Part shown: piece by piece, positions 54,901 through 63,620 of the stretch | Position numbering within the stretch: position 1 is the stretch's first letter | Layout: every line of letters starts with the position of its first letter | Origin: Myxococcota bacterium | GTDB lineage: Bacteria; Myxococcota_A; Polyangia; Palsa-1104; JAEUJZ01 | Reading direction: 5' to 3' | Assembly: GCA_025057315.1 (NCBI GenBank) | Contig: JANWXW010000079.1 | Location: 3,434 to 67,433 of the forward strand | DNA: 64,000 nucleotides | Program-made: the position numbers and the translations under genes | The notes under the pieces: model-generated | The model's database searches: none | Told to the model about the DNA's origin: nothing | The model's input: the letters and a program-made list of their open reading frames with translations, nothing else

Positions 54901-56857
54901 CAACGACGGCGAGGTGATCCTCACCTCCGATGGACAAACGCATCGCTTCCAGCAGGCGCGCTTCCTCTCTGAACGGAGCGGGGGCCCCAGCGCAGATGTG
55001 CAGAGCCGGGGGGAGGTGGCCCTGTGGGGGCACGTGGGTCAGGCTGACAGCAACCTCGTGCTGCGCGGGCAGCTGGGGCTGGAGCTGATCGAGCGGCTGC
55101 TGCGGTCCCGCTTCCGGCGCACCCGGGGCATGGCACGGATGGACGTGCGTCTGCACGGGCCGATCGACCGGCCCCTGGCTGAGGGCACCGTCGAGTTGCG
55201 CAACGTCGAGCTGGTTCCCTACGATATGGACACGACGTTCCACCTGGTATCGGCACGGCTGGTGCTAGGCCCGCAGCGAGCTGAGGTCCGCGACTTCGCC
55301 CTCCGCGTCGATGGAGGCCTGCTGCAAGGCAGAGGCGAGGGAGAGCTGGTCAGCCTGGCGCCGCCCCGCGTGGGCCGCATCGATCTTCACCTCGACGGGG
55401 CTGTCGCCGGACGCTTGTTGCAGTGGTACTTTCCTCGCAACCTGTCGGACGCTGGCGGCCAGGTGGCGGTCCACCGGCTCCACATCCACGGCACCCTGGA
55501 TGCCCCTCGTCTCGACGGTTCGCTCAGCCTGGGCGGACTCTATGTGAACATTCGCCGGTTCCATGAGCTGCTCTTTCAGAGCGGCACCATTCGCCTCCGC
55601 TCACACGGCGGTGGAGGAGGAGAGATTCTGCTCGGCTGCGGGCCCGAGCGCCGTCCGCTGGCAGGCGGAGACTGTCAGGCGGTGCAGGCAACCGTCGATG
55701 GCGACGGGCACGTGTCGCTAAGCGGCGAGATCCTCCACTCCGGCCTGCAGAGCCTGGGCCGGCCCGATTGGTACCAGGCCCTGGACCGTGTCGACATCGG
55801 CGTGCGCCTCACGAACGTACGCCACAGCACACCCGGTGTGTACCATGTGGAGCTTACCACCGCCGTCCCGCTGCAGCTTCTGGGCAGCCGCGAGCGCGTC
55901 ACCCTGTCCGGAAAGATCGACGTCGTTTCCGGACGGTACACCCAGCCCTTCGAGCTGAGCGAGCGCTTTCTGGCACGCCGCGTGGTGGAGGAGGAAGAGC
56001 CCTTCTGGCAGGGGGATCCCTTCCTTTCCTCTCGCCTGATCCTCGATCTCGGCATCGTGACCCGGGGCAACCTGCAGGTGCTCAACAACATCGCCGACCT
56101 GCGGCTGTCCAGCAGCGACTTTAGCCTGTCAGGCCCGCTGAGCGACCTGCGCATGGGAGGGGTCGTCCGCGTCGACAGCGGTAGGTTCAGCATCCCCGGT
56201 GTCCGGGGGGAGTTTACGGTCAAGGGCGACAGCAAGCTGGAGTTTTCCCGCGACCAGGCCTGGCCGGAGACTCCCTGGGTGGATGTGCGCGGCACCAACG
56301 TGCCGTTTGACCGTGCCGATGAGCAGCGCAACATCGAGCTGGCACTGCGAGGCAAGGTTTCCGAGCTCAAGATCGAGTGCATCAGCTCAGATGGCATGAA
56401 TGCCAGCGATTGTGCGTCCTACCTGCTGCTAGGTGGGACGGCAGCGGACCTGCGCCGCTCCCTGGCCGCAGGCCCTGGTGCCGGCTCCTCACGCACGTTG
56501 GCCTACAGCGACAACGCCGCCAAGCTCATCACCCAGGAGCTGCTGACGCGCCAGCTGGCAGACCCGCTGCGCCAGAAGCTCAGGCTTGACCTGGTGCGCA
56601 TCCAGTTCGGCGTGAGCACCTTCGATTTGCAGCTCTGCAAGCGGTTCGGGCTGTATCTGCGCGCCTGCGGCCTGGCCGAATGGGGCCTGCTGGCTGCCAC
56701 AGCTGCGCGCTACCGGGCCTACGGGGAGCTTCAGCTCTCCGACTACACCGTCGGACAAGTGAGCTTCGATCGGCTGGAACGCGGCTTCGATCTGCTCCAG
56801 GACACCATCAACCGCTTCAAGCTGCAGGTGGGGCTGCGGCTCCCGTTCCGCTTCTAG
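51941..56857 (+). CDS. tamB: TamB/AsmA-family large periplasmic protein
   Basis: Single N-terminal TM, >1500 aa of beta-rich repeats, DUF490-like C-terminus; start uncertain (GTG 51911 or 51941; ORF track 51851). Confidence 0.7.
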   Translation: MTPLQRTLVRRVLQLLAGLMLLWLGLYMGLNDRRLGALVSKVVTGSVRGTFHLGYVHYDYWSSFASLILNTPAPVRGGDYELRDPDGALVLRVERVEGELYIGQLVRSLLRTAVSAPFKRGVFVDLRFSRGRITGGHADIHPTASSLQTSPDRPEVNIVAAMSSKTPKPDGPGRIRIILEGDGVALEEVQLRMSMGSWLAQLDGVGGVATLRFSSASSETRPGRPAFVFSVMPLRARSGELVLAPPPADLPPDRPNPFAFSLRDIDLRHFRARPSQPQELTFRGRVHVAPIAARTNGPQEALFELRGKLLDSFCDAGVDLEISFRDAGSLLAQISSGMLFGPARGRLHIYGPFSQAQPTLPDGRPHPCLAERRSPYLPSSDERTVIIEGNVADVEAQAAGIHLTEASSQLRLAHGVLLLPLVTAEALGGQVQMEPLRITFGRNLQYWAQVRAQGTDPAQVRSLPPSLRSLLAGRLSGGVRIHGALDTQRGGERIRFANLDVMLAREQARDPWPREVNLRGDVVYSPAQVTLRGMHLEGEGLRLEIPEGYIAPRSGRLRLEDVSLAGGPVASRLIQRLGLPATVEGFAARLRVGGSLHNPVIDRGALAAQGLTIAGRRIDELAAGFSLQDGTFHLQDVQAHGLGGSASASGSLGLFRGSVDNLLSDPPLALQARVDGVTSTELLRSPLVSGSLSGGVQIAGTLLRPTGSTSVVASHLKVLGVPVHDMVLDLELRPGWFLLNSLYAALGHQGLFNGSAQVGREGNMPMHVTLSPHRLQLRDVPGMHLLPYELSGEVTGSLEVHGTVRPLRPVLEGEILLNDFGVRGRPLASLSSPPGEPMEPQALFRLLHVTVRSLTLGHAALHFRPAGEATLISGTLFDTFDLDGRVYLDPLDPHGEVTLRFGCHDGENPGPSARPRDCDFLVQRLLPDLQQLGDVELRTSGSLQLRFGHTPLPGGQLAVQATLRLSRVLLTVKTVDDEGTEQWYRVFNDGEVILTSDGQTHRFQQARFLSERSGGPSADVQSRGEVALWGHVGQADSNLVLRGQLGLELIERLLRSRFRRTRGMARMDVRLHGPIDRPLAEGTVELRNVELVPYDMDTTFHLVSARLVLGPQRAEVRDFALRVDGGLLQGRGEGELVSLAPPRVGRIDLHLDGAVAGRLLQWYFPRNLSDAGGQVAVHRLHIHGTLDAPRLDGSLSLGGLYVNIRRFHELLFQSGTIRLRSHGGGGGEILLGCGPERRPLAGGDCQAVQATVDGDGHVSLSGEILHSGLQSLGRPDWYQALDRVDIGVRLTNVRHSTPGVYHVELTTAVPLQLLGSRERVTLSGKIDVVSGRYTQPFELSERFLARRVVEEEEPFWQGDPFLSSRLILDLGIVTRGNLQVLNNIADLRLSSSDFSLSGPLSDLRMGGVVRVDSGRFSIPGVRGEFTVKGDSKLEFSRDQAWPETPWVDVRGTNVPFDRADEQRNIELALRGKVSELKIECISSDGMNASDCASYLLLGGTAADLRRSLAAGPGAGSSRTLAYSDNAAKLITQELLTRQLADPLRQKLRLDLVRIQFGVSTFDLQLCKRFGLYLRACGLAEWGLLAATAARYRAYGELQLSDYTVGQVSFDRLERGFDLLQDTINRFKLQVGLRLPFRF

Positions 56858-56885
56858 GGACCCGCGAAACAGAGCCACCCCCGCG

Positions 56886-57566
56886 CTACTTCTTGGGCGT
56901 CAGGGGCGTACCAGGCGTAGGCCGGTTGCCAGACGAGACGCTTGAGATGGCGTGCTGGCCGGTGGTGCGGGGCGCCGCCGGCGACAGGATGGCAGAGCTT
57001 GGAAGATCCAGCGGTGTGCTGTCGCTACGAGCCCGGGACGAGTCAATACGGGCCTGCTGCAAGTCGTTGCGCAGAGGGGGAGGCGCGGTGGAAGGGCGGG
57101 CATCGACCGAAGCCCCAGGTCGCGTCTGGGCTGGGGCCTGCGAGAGGCGTTCGGCCGCCAACAGGCGCTCCCTCACCTGGACGATCTCGCGACAGTCGGC
57201 ATCCAGCCGCGCGATCTCCTCGCGTCGAATCTGGATCTCGTGATCTAGCTCCGCGATTTCCTCCTTCAGGGTCGCGATGCGCGTCTCGATCTCGCTCTGC
57301 TTTTGGTTTGCGTCCTCGACAATGGTCTCGACGCGGATGCCAAGCGAGGCCAGGGTCTTTTTGACCACGTGCACCACCAGCTCCCCGTTGTCCGAAGGCA
57401 GCCCCCGCATCAGCTCGATGGCCTGGCGGATGCCGTAGGCCGGCTCGGGTGGCGCAGGGGCGGGGGAGGCAGCCGTAGCCCCTGCCGGTGTGGCTTTCTG
57501 TGTGCTGGGGGCGGACGGTTCGGCGGTGGGCTGGTCAGCGCTCTTCTTCTTGTCAAACAGACCCAT
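56886..57566 (-). CDS. Hypothetical coiled-coil protein
   Basis: GGAG then ATG 57566 (MGLFDKKK); YGIRQAIELMRGLP motif then heptad region, flanked by disordered Pro/Ser-rich segments. Confidence 0.7.
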   Translation of the reverse strand: MGLFDKKKSADQPTAEPSAPSTQKATPAGATAASPAPAPPEPAYGIRQAIELMRGLPSDNGELVVHVVKKTLASLGIRVETIVEDANQKQSEIETRIATLKEEIAELDHEIQIRREEIARLDADCREIVQVRERLLAAERLSQAPAQTRPGASVDARPSTAPPPLRNDLQQARIDSSRARSDSTPLDLPSSAILSPAAPRTTGQHAISSVSSGNRPTPGTPLTPKK

Positions 57567-57594
57567 GCGCGTCTCCACAGGGAGGTCCAAGCTG

Positions 57595-57628
57595 GGAGGA
57601 TCTGCTGACCTGCATGAGCAAATCCTCC
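57595..57628. promoter_or_regulatory. 12-bp inverted repeat in the leader of the coiled-coil gene
   Basis: GGAGGATCTGCT-N10-AGCAAATCCTCC (one mismatch, G-U on the minus-strand RNA). Confidence 0.45.
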
Positions 57629-57831
57629 TGTATATAACTTAACATAAAAATTCAGAGTGTTGTTCCCCCGTTGGGCTTTGCCGTGCAGGGGGACACCCCC
57701 TTTTGCAGAGGGAACAGATGCACCGTCTGCCCGGGCCCAGCGGTGGGGTCGCCGTCACCGCCGCTGTCCAGCCGGTGCGCAGATCGCCTCCAGGGCTGCG
57801 GCCGGGGGCAGGCATCTGGTATCGTGAGTCG

Positions 57832-58260
57832 ATGCCATATTTATGGATCAAAGCCTTCCACGTGGTTTTCGTCGTCGCCTGGTTTGCAGGTCTATTTTAC
57901 CTGCCGAGGCTGTATGCCTATCACACCCGCCACCGCGAGCAGCCGGCCATGGCGCAGGTCTTTATGGAGATGGAGCGCAAGCTGCTGCGCATCATCATGG
58001 ATCCGGCTCTGGGGCTGACGCTGGTCTTGGGCATCGCGCTGCTGGTTCTGTCGCCCCACCTGCTGCGGCAGGGCTGGATGCACGCCAAGCTGACCGTGGT
58101 CCTGCTGCTCATCGGCTACCATGTTTTGCTCGCCCTGAGCCGGCGCCGGCTGGCGCGCGGGGACTACTTTTTGTCCGAGCGGGCGTGGCGGGCGCTGAAC
58201 GAGGTGCCCACGCTGCTCCTGATCGCCGCCGTGGTCCTGGTCATCGTCCGGCCGTTCTGA
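57832..58260 (+). CDS. hemJ: Protoporphyrinogen oxidase HemJ
   Basis: YLWIKAFHV..VVAWFAGLFYLPRL, MERKL...IM.PA, WMHAKL, NEVPT. Confidence 0.92.
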   Translation: MPYLWIKAFHVVFVVAWFAGLFYLPRLYAYHTRHREQPAMAQVFMEMERKLLRIIMDPALGLTLVLGIALLVLSPHLLRQGWMHAKLTVVLLLIGYHVLLALSRRRLARGDYFLSERAWRALNEVPTLLLIAAVVLVIVRPF

Positions 58261-59755
58261 GCCGGTTCTGCAGGGCAGCCGCGTCGCTTACGATCTCCAG
58301 GGCACGGTCGCGGCGCTCCTGTCGCGACAGCAAGATCGCCTCGTTTACGATCTGGTGGCGGTGCAGCACGTCCAGGTAATCCAGCTCCACCTCTGTCGAG
58401 GGCAGGATGAACACGCCATACAGGTAGGCCACCCTCGCCAGCGCTTGCACCACCTCCCGCGGCAGGTGACACTGACCATGGGTGATGATGTACACTACGA
58501 TCTGGCGCCGCTCTTCCCGGTGCAACCGTTGCAGCTCCACCAGAAGCTGCCGGAACACCCGACTGTAGTTGCGCCCGCGGTCGGAGCGGTAGCACAGTAG
58601 ATACGGTGTGGCATAGTCGGCGCCGGTGCGGCTCACACGCACCAGGTCCGATAAACGGGCCGCGAACAGGCGCAGCCACACCTCCTCGCCGGCCAAGGCC
58701 AGCTTCTTGCACAGCGTCAGCGCCAGCCCGCGGGCAAACACCTGCCGCAGGCCCCGCATGGAGGGCGAGGCATCGACCAAGACGTACTGCAGCCGCCGCT
58801 CCTCGTCTCGCTGCTTCTCATGCCCGTAGTAATAAAGTTCTCCCTCAGCAAATTTGAGCTCGAATAGCTCATCCTCATAGGCCAGCTCGCTCAGAACCAT
58901 AGAATCAAGGTTGCCGCGGCGCTCAATGGAGGCATAGCCGTCGGTCGAGAACGTCTGCACACCGGTGGCTCGCCGCGTCTCCAGCACGGACGGCAGCAGG
59001 TCCCATGAGAAGCTTGCCACATCGTTGCTTTCGGTCGACTGGAACACCGCATACAGGTCCACCAGGTCCAGTTGTCCGCCGGCCACACCCGGGTGGAGGC
59101 CCGCCTCCAGCAGCCCCTCCTCGACATGCTGACCCAGCGGCGTGAAGATGCTGAGCAGCCGCACCGTATCTGGGTCAATCTGCTCCAACGCGGTCTGCAC
59201 CGACAGAGACTGAGGCGGCGACACGAGAAAGCGCAGGAAGCTGAGCAGCCCCTCCCGGGGGAAGTCAGTGAAGTGCCGGACCAGATCCGCCTCCTCGTAG
59301 AGCCGCGGGTCCAGGGGCAGCTCGCCCACCACGACCCGCCGGGCGGGATCGGGAAAGCGGTGGAAGACATCGCCCAGCACCCGCAGCAGCAGGACCGCCA
59401 CCAGCTCGTCGCGCAGACGCCAGCCGGAGATTCGGGTGACGACCTCGCTGGCAGCAATGGCCCTCAGCAGCGCCTCGTACTGCTGCAGGTGTCCGCGCAC
59501 CTCGCGCGCCAGACGCAGCTCGGCCAGCACCTCCTCCCGGGGCCCGATGCGGGGCTCGGACGATCTGGGCATCGTTAAAAGCAAGCCCACGTCGTGGACC
59601 AAAAACAGCGGCAGCGGCACACCCAGACGGGCCAGCGTGTTGTGCCAGGCGGCGGCCCGCACCCGTGCCATCGGCGCCTCGGACTGGACATGCGACAGGG
59701 CCAAGGTCCCCACCTGCTGGGCCAGATACCCCTGCTGCCGCTCGGGCGGAATCAT
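58241..59755 (-). CDS. vWA (MIDAS) domain protein, ViaA-like C-terminal region
   Basis: VLVDASPSM (DxSxS), ALTL, IITHG in place of ITDG; long helical N-terminal region. Confidence 0.68.
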   Translation of the reverse strand: MIPPERQQGYLAQQVGTLALSHVQSEAPMARVRAAAWHNTLARLGVPLPLFLVHDVGLLLTMPRSSEPRIGPREEVLAELRLAREVRGHLQQYEALLRAIAASEVVTRISGWRLRDELVAVLLLRVLGDVFHRFPDPARRVVVGELPLDPRLYEEADLVRHFTDFPREGLLSFLRFLVSPPQSLSVQTALEQIDPDTVRLLSIFTPLGQHVEEGLLEAGLHPGVAGGQLDLVDLYAVFQSTESNDVASFSWDLLPSVLETRRATGVQTFSTDGYASIERRGNLDSMVLSELAYEDELFELKFAEGELYYYGHEKQRDEERRLQYVLVDASPSMRGLRQVFARGLALTLCKKLALAGEEVWLRLFAARLSDLVRVSRTGADYATPYLLCYRSDRGRNYSRVFRQLLVELQRLHREERRQIVVYIITHGQCHLPREVVQALARVAYLYGVFILPSTEVELDYLDVLHRHQIVNEAILLSRQERRDRALEIVSDAAALQNRLRTAGR

Positions 59756-60114
59756 CGGAGCCGCCGATCCAGCCGCTGCTGGTCGAGCAGGCGGTGCAGG
59801 TAGGCACGCAGGTGGGTCTTGGGGACGGCGTCATCGGCGCCGGCAGCGAGCATGCGCTCGTTGTCCTGTGGGTCGGAGGAGATGCCGACGATGCGCAGGG
59901 GCCCCAGGTCGCTGGCAGCGCGCAGTCGCGCCACGGCCTCCGCACCCGACAGCGCCGAGTCCATCGAGAAGTCCATCAGGATGACGTCGGGGCGTTCGCG
60001 CCGTACGACCTCCACTGCATCATCGGCGTGCTCGTGAAAGGACAGCTCCAGCCCGGCCATCGAGTAGCTCGGCTGCCGCCGGCAGAGCACGTCGTCGAAG
60101 ATGACCACCTTCAT
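59752..60114 (-). CDS. Single-domain response regulator (receiver)
   Basis: MKVVIFDD, PDVILMD, ISS, GADD..PK; ATG 60114; 4-bp overlap with the vWA gene. Confidence 0.82.
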   Translation of the reverse strand: MKVVIFDDVLCRRQPSYSMAGLELSFHEHADDAVEVVRRERPDVILMDFSMDSALSGAEAVARLRAASDLGPLRIVGISSDPQDNERMLAAGADDAVPKTHLRAYLHRLLDQQRLDRRLR

Positions 60115-60127
60115 GGCACGCGGGGCA

Positions 60128-60961
60128 TCAGGGCAAGAACTTGCCCCCGGGCGGAAAGCTGCCCGTCTGCCATGATGATAGCAGGTCCATCGACCAGGCG
60201 ACCAAGACGTGGATGAGCACCCCCCACCAGATGGTGCCGGTACGTAGCGCCAGCGTCCCCAGCACCACGCCGGCCACGATCGCACCAAGGGACTCGGCCG
60301 CGGGCTTGAGGTAGTGGAGCATGCAATAGGGCACCACCATGACAAAAATGGCCAGGCTGCCCATCGTCCGCGCCAACCCAAAGAGCAGGTAGCCGCGGAA
60401 GAAAAACTCCACCGTCAGGAACGTGGCACCGTATTGCAGCTCCCAGGCGAGAAAATCAAACCAGCTTCGCCCCGCCTGCCGATAAAAGGGGTACGTTTGT
60501 TGAAAGGGCCGCGTAAAGCTTGCTAGCACCACCAAGGGCAGCACCCCCAGCAGCAAGACCAGATACACCCACTTGCCCACCCCGGCCCCGGACGGCGGGT
60601 TGTGCCGCCGGCGCAGTGGCATGCCCCAGTCCGCCAGGCGCCCCCCGAGCAGGCGTACATGGAGCATCGGCACCAGCAGAAAGCCCAGGAACTTGGCCGC
60701 CGACCACCAGGTAAAGGCCATCAGGTCCAGGTAGCGGCCCAGGCGCGGATGCGCGGCCACCGTCTGGCCCAGCACCTGGTGAAAGTAGGGCCGGTCGCCC
60801 CAGTACCACTGGAAGGTCAGGATGATCGCCGACAGCACCAGCACCTGCGCCGCCTGGCGGTGGCGGGCGAGAGGCCCTTCCCCCTGCTGTCGCGCCAGCT
60901 GGGCATCGATGGCGTTCCAGCTTTCTGGGAACCAGGCTAGCACACGCTCCAGGGGCGTCAT
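60128..60961 (-). CDS. CPBP (CAAX/Abi) family intramembrane glutamic endopeptidase
   Basis: Polytopic; EFFFRG, HYLKP..E, GVLIH motifs. Confidence 0.85.
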   Translation of the reverse strand: MTPLERVLAWFPESWNAIDAQLARQQGEGPLARHRQAAQVLVLSAIILTFQWYWGDRPYFHQVLGQTVAAHPRLGRYLDLMAFTWWSAAKFLGFLLVPMLHVRLLGGRLADWGMPLRRRHNPPSGAGVGKWVYLVLLLGVLPLVVLASFTRPFQQTYPFYRQAGRSWFDFLAWELQYGATFLTVEFFFRGYLLFGLARTMGSLAIFVMVVPYCMLHYLKPAAESLGAIVAGVVLGTLALRTGTIWWGVLIHVLVAWSMDLLSSWQTGSFPPGGKFLP

Positions 60962-60967
60962 GGCCCC

Positions 60968-62443
60968 TCAGACCGACCGGGATGCCGACAGCAGCTGCGC
61001 CGCCAACCGCAGGCGCCGCCGGCACAGATCTTTACCGACAACCTCCATCGTATCAAACAGCGGCGGCGCTGCCGTCCGACCGGTCAGCGCCACCCGCACC
61101 GCAGAGAACAGCTCCTTCGTCTTCCAGCCGATGCGCTCACAGAAGGTGCGGCATGCCGGCTCCAAGGCTTCGCGGCTCCACGCGCCCCGCACCTCCACCT
61201 CCAGGTGCTCCACCAGCTCCTCCAGCACCTGTGCGGTCTGCGCCGCATCCCGCCCCCGGGGCACGAGCTGGGCCGGATCGAGCTGCTCCAGATCGCCGGC
61301 AAAGAAGTAGGCGGCCATCGGTATAAACTGGTCCAGCCGCTCGATGCGCTCCCGCAGGAGCGGCAGTACCCGTCGCAGATACTCATCTCCCAGCCGCCAG
61401 GCACGCAGCCGCTGGAGCAGTTCCTCATGGCTCATCTCGCGCAGGTACAGCCCGTTGAGCCAAGACAGCTTCCTCAGGTCGAAGACCGGTCCCCCGGTGC
61501 CGACGCGGCTCCAGTCAAAGGCCTCGATCATCTCGCTGAGGGAAAACTTTTCCCGCCCCCCGCCGAAGGAAAACCCCATCAAGGCCAGAAAATTGAGCAG
61601 CGCCTCGGGGAAGATGCCCGTGTCGCGATAGTAGTCTAGCGATACCGGGTTTTTGCGCTTGGAGATCTTGGAGCGGTCGGCGTTGCGCAGCAGCGGCATG
61701 TGATAAAAGGCCGGCGGCTCCCAGCCAAAGGCCTCGTAGAGCAGCAGGTGCTTGGGCGTCGAGATGATCCACTCCTCGGCGCGGACCACATGGCTGATGC
61801 CCATCAAGTGGTCATCCACCACGTTGGCCAGGTGGTAGGTGGGCAGTCCGTCCGACTTGAGCAGCACCTGATCGTCGATGGTGGCATTGTCCACCGCGAT
61901 GCGTCCGCGCAGGCCATCGACAAAGGCTGTCGTGCCCGACTCGGGCACAGCCAGGCGCACCACATGGGGTTCCCCCGCTGCCGCGCGTCGTTTCGCCTCG
62001 TCTCGCGGTAGCCCGCGGCAGGTGCGATCGTAGCCTAGGTGGCTATCGCCGCGCGCCATGCGCTCCCGTCGCGACGCCTCTAGACGCTCCGGGGAACAAA
62101 AACACAGATAGGCCCGGCCGCGTTCCACCAGCAGCGCTGCATGCTCCTGATAGATGGCGCTCCGCTCCGACTGCCGGTAGGGCGCATGCGGACCGCCCAC
62201 ATCCGGCCCCTCGTCCCAGGACAGCCCCAACCAGCGCAGGGCACGAAGGATGGCCTCCTCGCTCTGGCGGGTGGAGCGGGCCTGATCTGTGTCCTCGATG
62301 CGCAGAATGAACTGGCCGCCGCATTTGCGGGCGAAGACGTAGTTAAACAGGGCGATGTAAGCGGTACCGACATGCGGGTCGCCCGTCGGCGATGGGGCGA
62401 TCCGCACGCGCACCGGACGGCGGGGCTGCTCCAGGTCCATCAT
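60968..62443 (-). CDS. gltX: Glutamate--tRNA ligase
   Basis: [39 protein letters not shown]; start ATG 62443 or 62440 (ORF-track extension to 62974 looks spurious). Confidence 0.96.
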   Translation of the reverse strand: MMDLEQPRRPVRVRIAPSPTGDPHVGTAYIALFNYVFARKCGGQFILRIEDTDQARSTRQSEEAILRALRWLGLSWDEGPDVGGPHAPYRQSERSAIYQEHAALLVERGRAYLCFCSPERLEASRRERMARGDSHLGYDRTCRGLPRDEAKRRAAAGEPHVVRLAVPESGTTAFVDGLRGRIAVDNATIDDQVLLKSDGLPTYHLANVVDDHLMGISHVVRAEEWIISTPKHLLLYEAFGWEPPAFYHMPLLRNADRSKISKRKNPVSLDYYRDTGIFPEALLNFLALMGFSFGGGREKFSLSEMIEAFDWSRVGTGGPVFDLRKLSWLNGLYLREMSHEELLQRLRAWRLGDEYLRRVLPLLRERIERLDQFIPMAAYFFAGDLEQLDPAQLVPRGRDAAQTAQVLEELVEHLEVEVRGAWSREALEPACRTFCERIGWKTKELFSAVRVALTGRTAAPPLFDTMEVVGKDLCRRRLRLAAQLLSASRSV

Positions 62444-62797
62444 CTCTGCTCTTGTGGCGGCCCGTCTTAGCAGTCCCCGGCAACGGCGGTCAAGGCGACC
62501 GTGGGCTGCAACCGGCCCCTGCCTCCGGGTGGTCGCAAGGGCGCCACTGCCCCCCAAGGCGCCAGAGCCAGACCCAAGGCGCCAGAGCATCGGGGCAGGG
62601 GAGCCAGACCGACCCCCACGGTCCGGCTCCGGCTCAAAGGAGCAACCCCCCCGGCCCACGCCTGTCAGTCCGGCCGCTCCGGGCAGGATCGGACAGCTGC
62701 CGGAACCCCTGGCAAACGTGGTGGTTGCCTCCATGCAGCATCCATCTTGTGAGTCTTGCAATGTCGATTGTGTTCCCGTCGCCTGCCTGTTTGGACC

Positions 62798-62819
62798 GTT
62801 GCGATCTGGTTGCGATCTG
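62798..62819 (+). promoter_or_regulatory. Perfect 11-bp tandem repeat upstream of the hsp20 locus
   Basis: GTTGCGATCTG GTTGCGATCTG followed by A/T tracts; the repeat is certain, its function is inferred. Confidence 0.4.
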
Positions 62820-62897
62820 GCCAGTAAAAAATTTTCTCGTCGAAAAAAATCTCTTGACACCGCCGCAAAAAGATGCGCATGGACTCGCTGCCTGTTA

Positions 62898-62912
62898 TGG
62901 CAATGGTTTTGT
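62898..62912 (+). promoter_or_regulatory. Candidate sigma54 promoter for hsp20 and the low-complexity gene
   Basis: TGGCAATGGTTTTGT vs consensus TGGCACG-N4-TTGC (GG-N10-GT, one mismatch at the conserved -12 C). Confidence 0.4.
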
Positions 62913-63033
62913 AAAAGCGTTATAGGTACCGAGCAGCCAGAAGCGGGTGCCACTGCTCCATTCCGCAGCGGCACTGGCTAGGTCAAAAGGGATGGGTCTG
63001 TCTCCCTTGAGGGAGCACGGGAGGTCATGTCCA

Positions 63034-63549
63034 ATGAACGATCTCGACAACGCAATCGTGCAGGTGGAACGGCTGTATCAGACCTTGACGGGGAGACCAC
63101 CGCCGGTCAGCGAGCGGCCGTACGCGCCCATCCCGGCGGAGCGGGATCCAGTGCAGCAGGTGGAGCAGGAGCTGGATCGGCTGCTCGCCCTGCTCGGGGC
63201 TCCTGTCGTGCGGCCGATGCCAGCGTGGGTACCCCGAGTGACGTTGTGGGAGGGCAGCGGGGAATACCTGCTGCTGGTGGACCTGCCCGGCGTGCGACGC
63301 GATCAGCTCGAGGTGACGCTGCGGGACCATACGCTGGTAATCAGCGGGGTGCGGACCCTGCCGGGGCAAAACGGACACCAGCTTCGGCTGGCGGAGGTGC
63401 CCCATGGGAGGTTCCAGCGCGTGCTCAGTCTGCCGCCCGGCGCCCGCAGCGGCGGGTTGAGCGCCCAGCTGCGCGATGGGGTGCTGGAGGTGCGCATTCC
63501 CCGCGAGGGTCCATCTCCCCCGACGACCGAGACGATCCCGGTGGCATGA
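63034..63549 (+). CDS. Hsp20/alpha-crystallin small heat-shock protein with an atypical N-terminal extension
   Basis: SD GGAGG; VDLPGV, LVISGVR, G.FQRVLSLP, AQLRDGVLEVRIP, C-terminal IPV motif. Confidence 0.88.
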   Translation: MNDLDNAIVQVERLYQTLTGRPPPVSERPYAPIPAERDPVQQVEQELDRLLALLGAPVVRPMPAWVPRVTLWEGSGEYLLLVDLPGVRRDQLEVTLRDHTLVISGVRTLPGQNGHQLRLAEVPHGRFQRVLSLPPGARSGGLSAQLRDGVLEVRIPREGPSPPTTETIPVA

Positions 63550-63620
63550 CCACCGAAGGTGTGGGGGGCCTGAGCGGCCAGGTCAACGCCGAGACACACA
63601 ACCCGAAGGAGGAAGGTGCC

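Noticed and set aside
57832..62443. hemJ near gltX as a tetrapyrrole (C5 pathway) cluster
   Set aside because: Opposite strands, three unrelated genes between them and no other hem genes
62444..62974. 177-aa N-terminal extension of GltX
   Set aside because: No recognisable domain, and it crosses the AT-rich divergent promoter region; GltX similarity starts at about 62440
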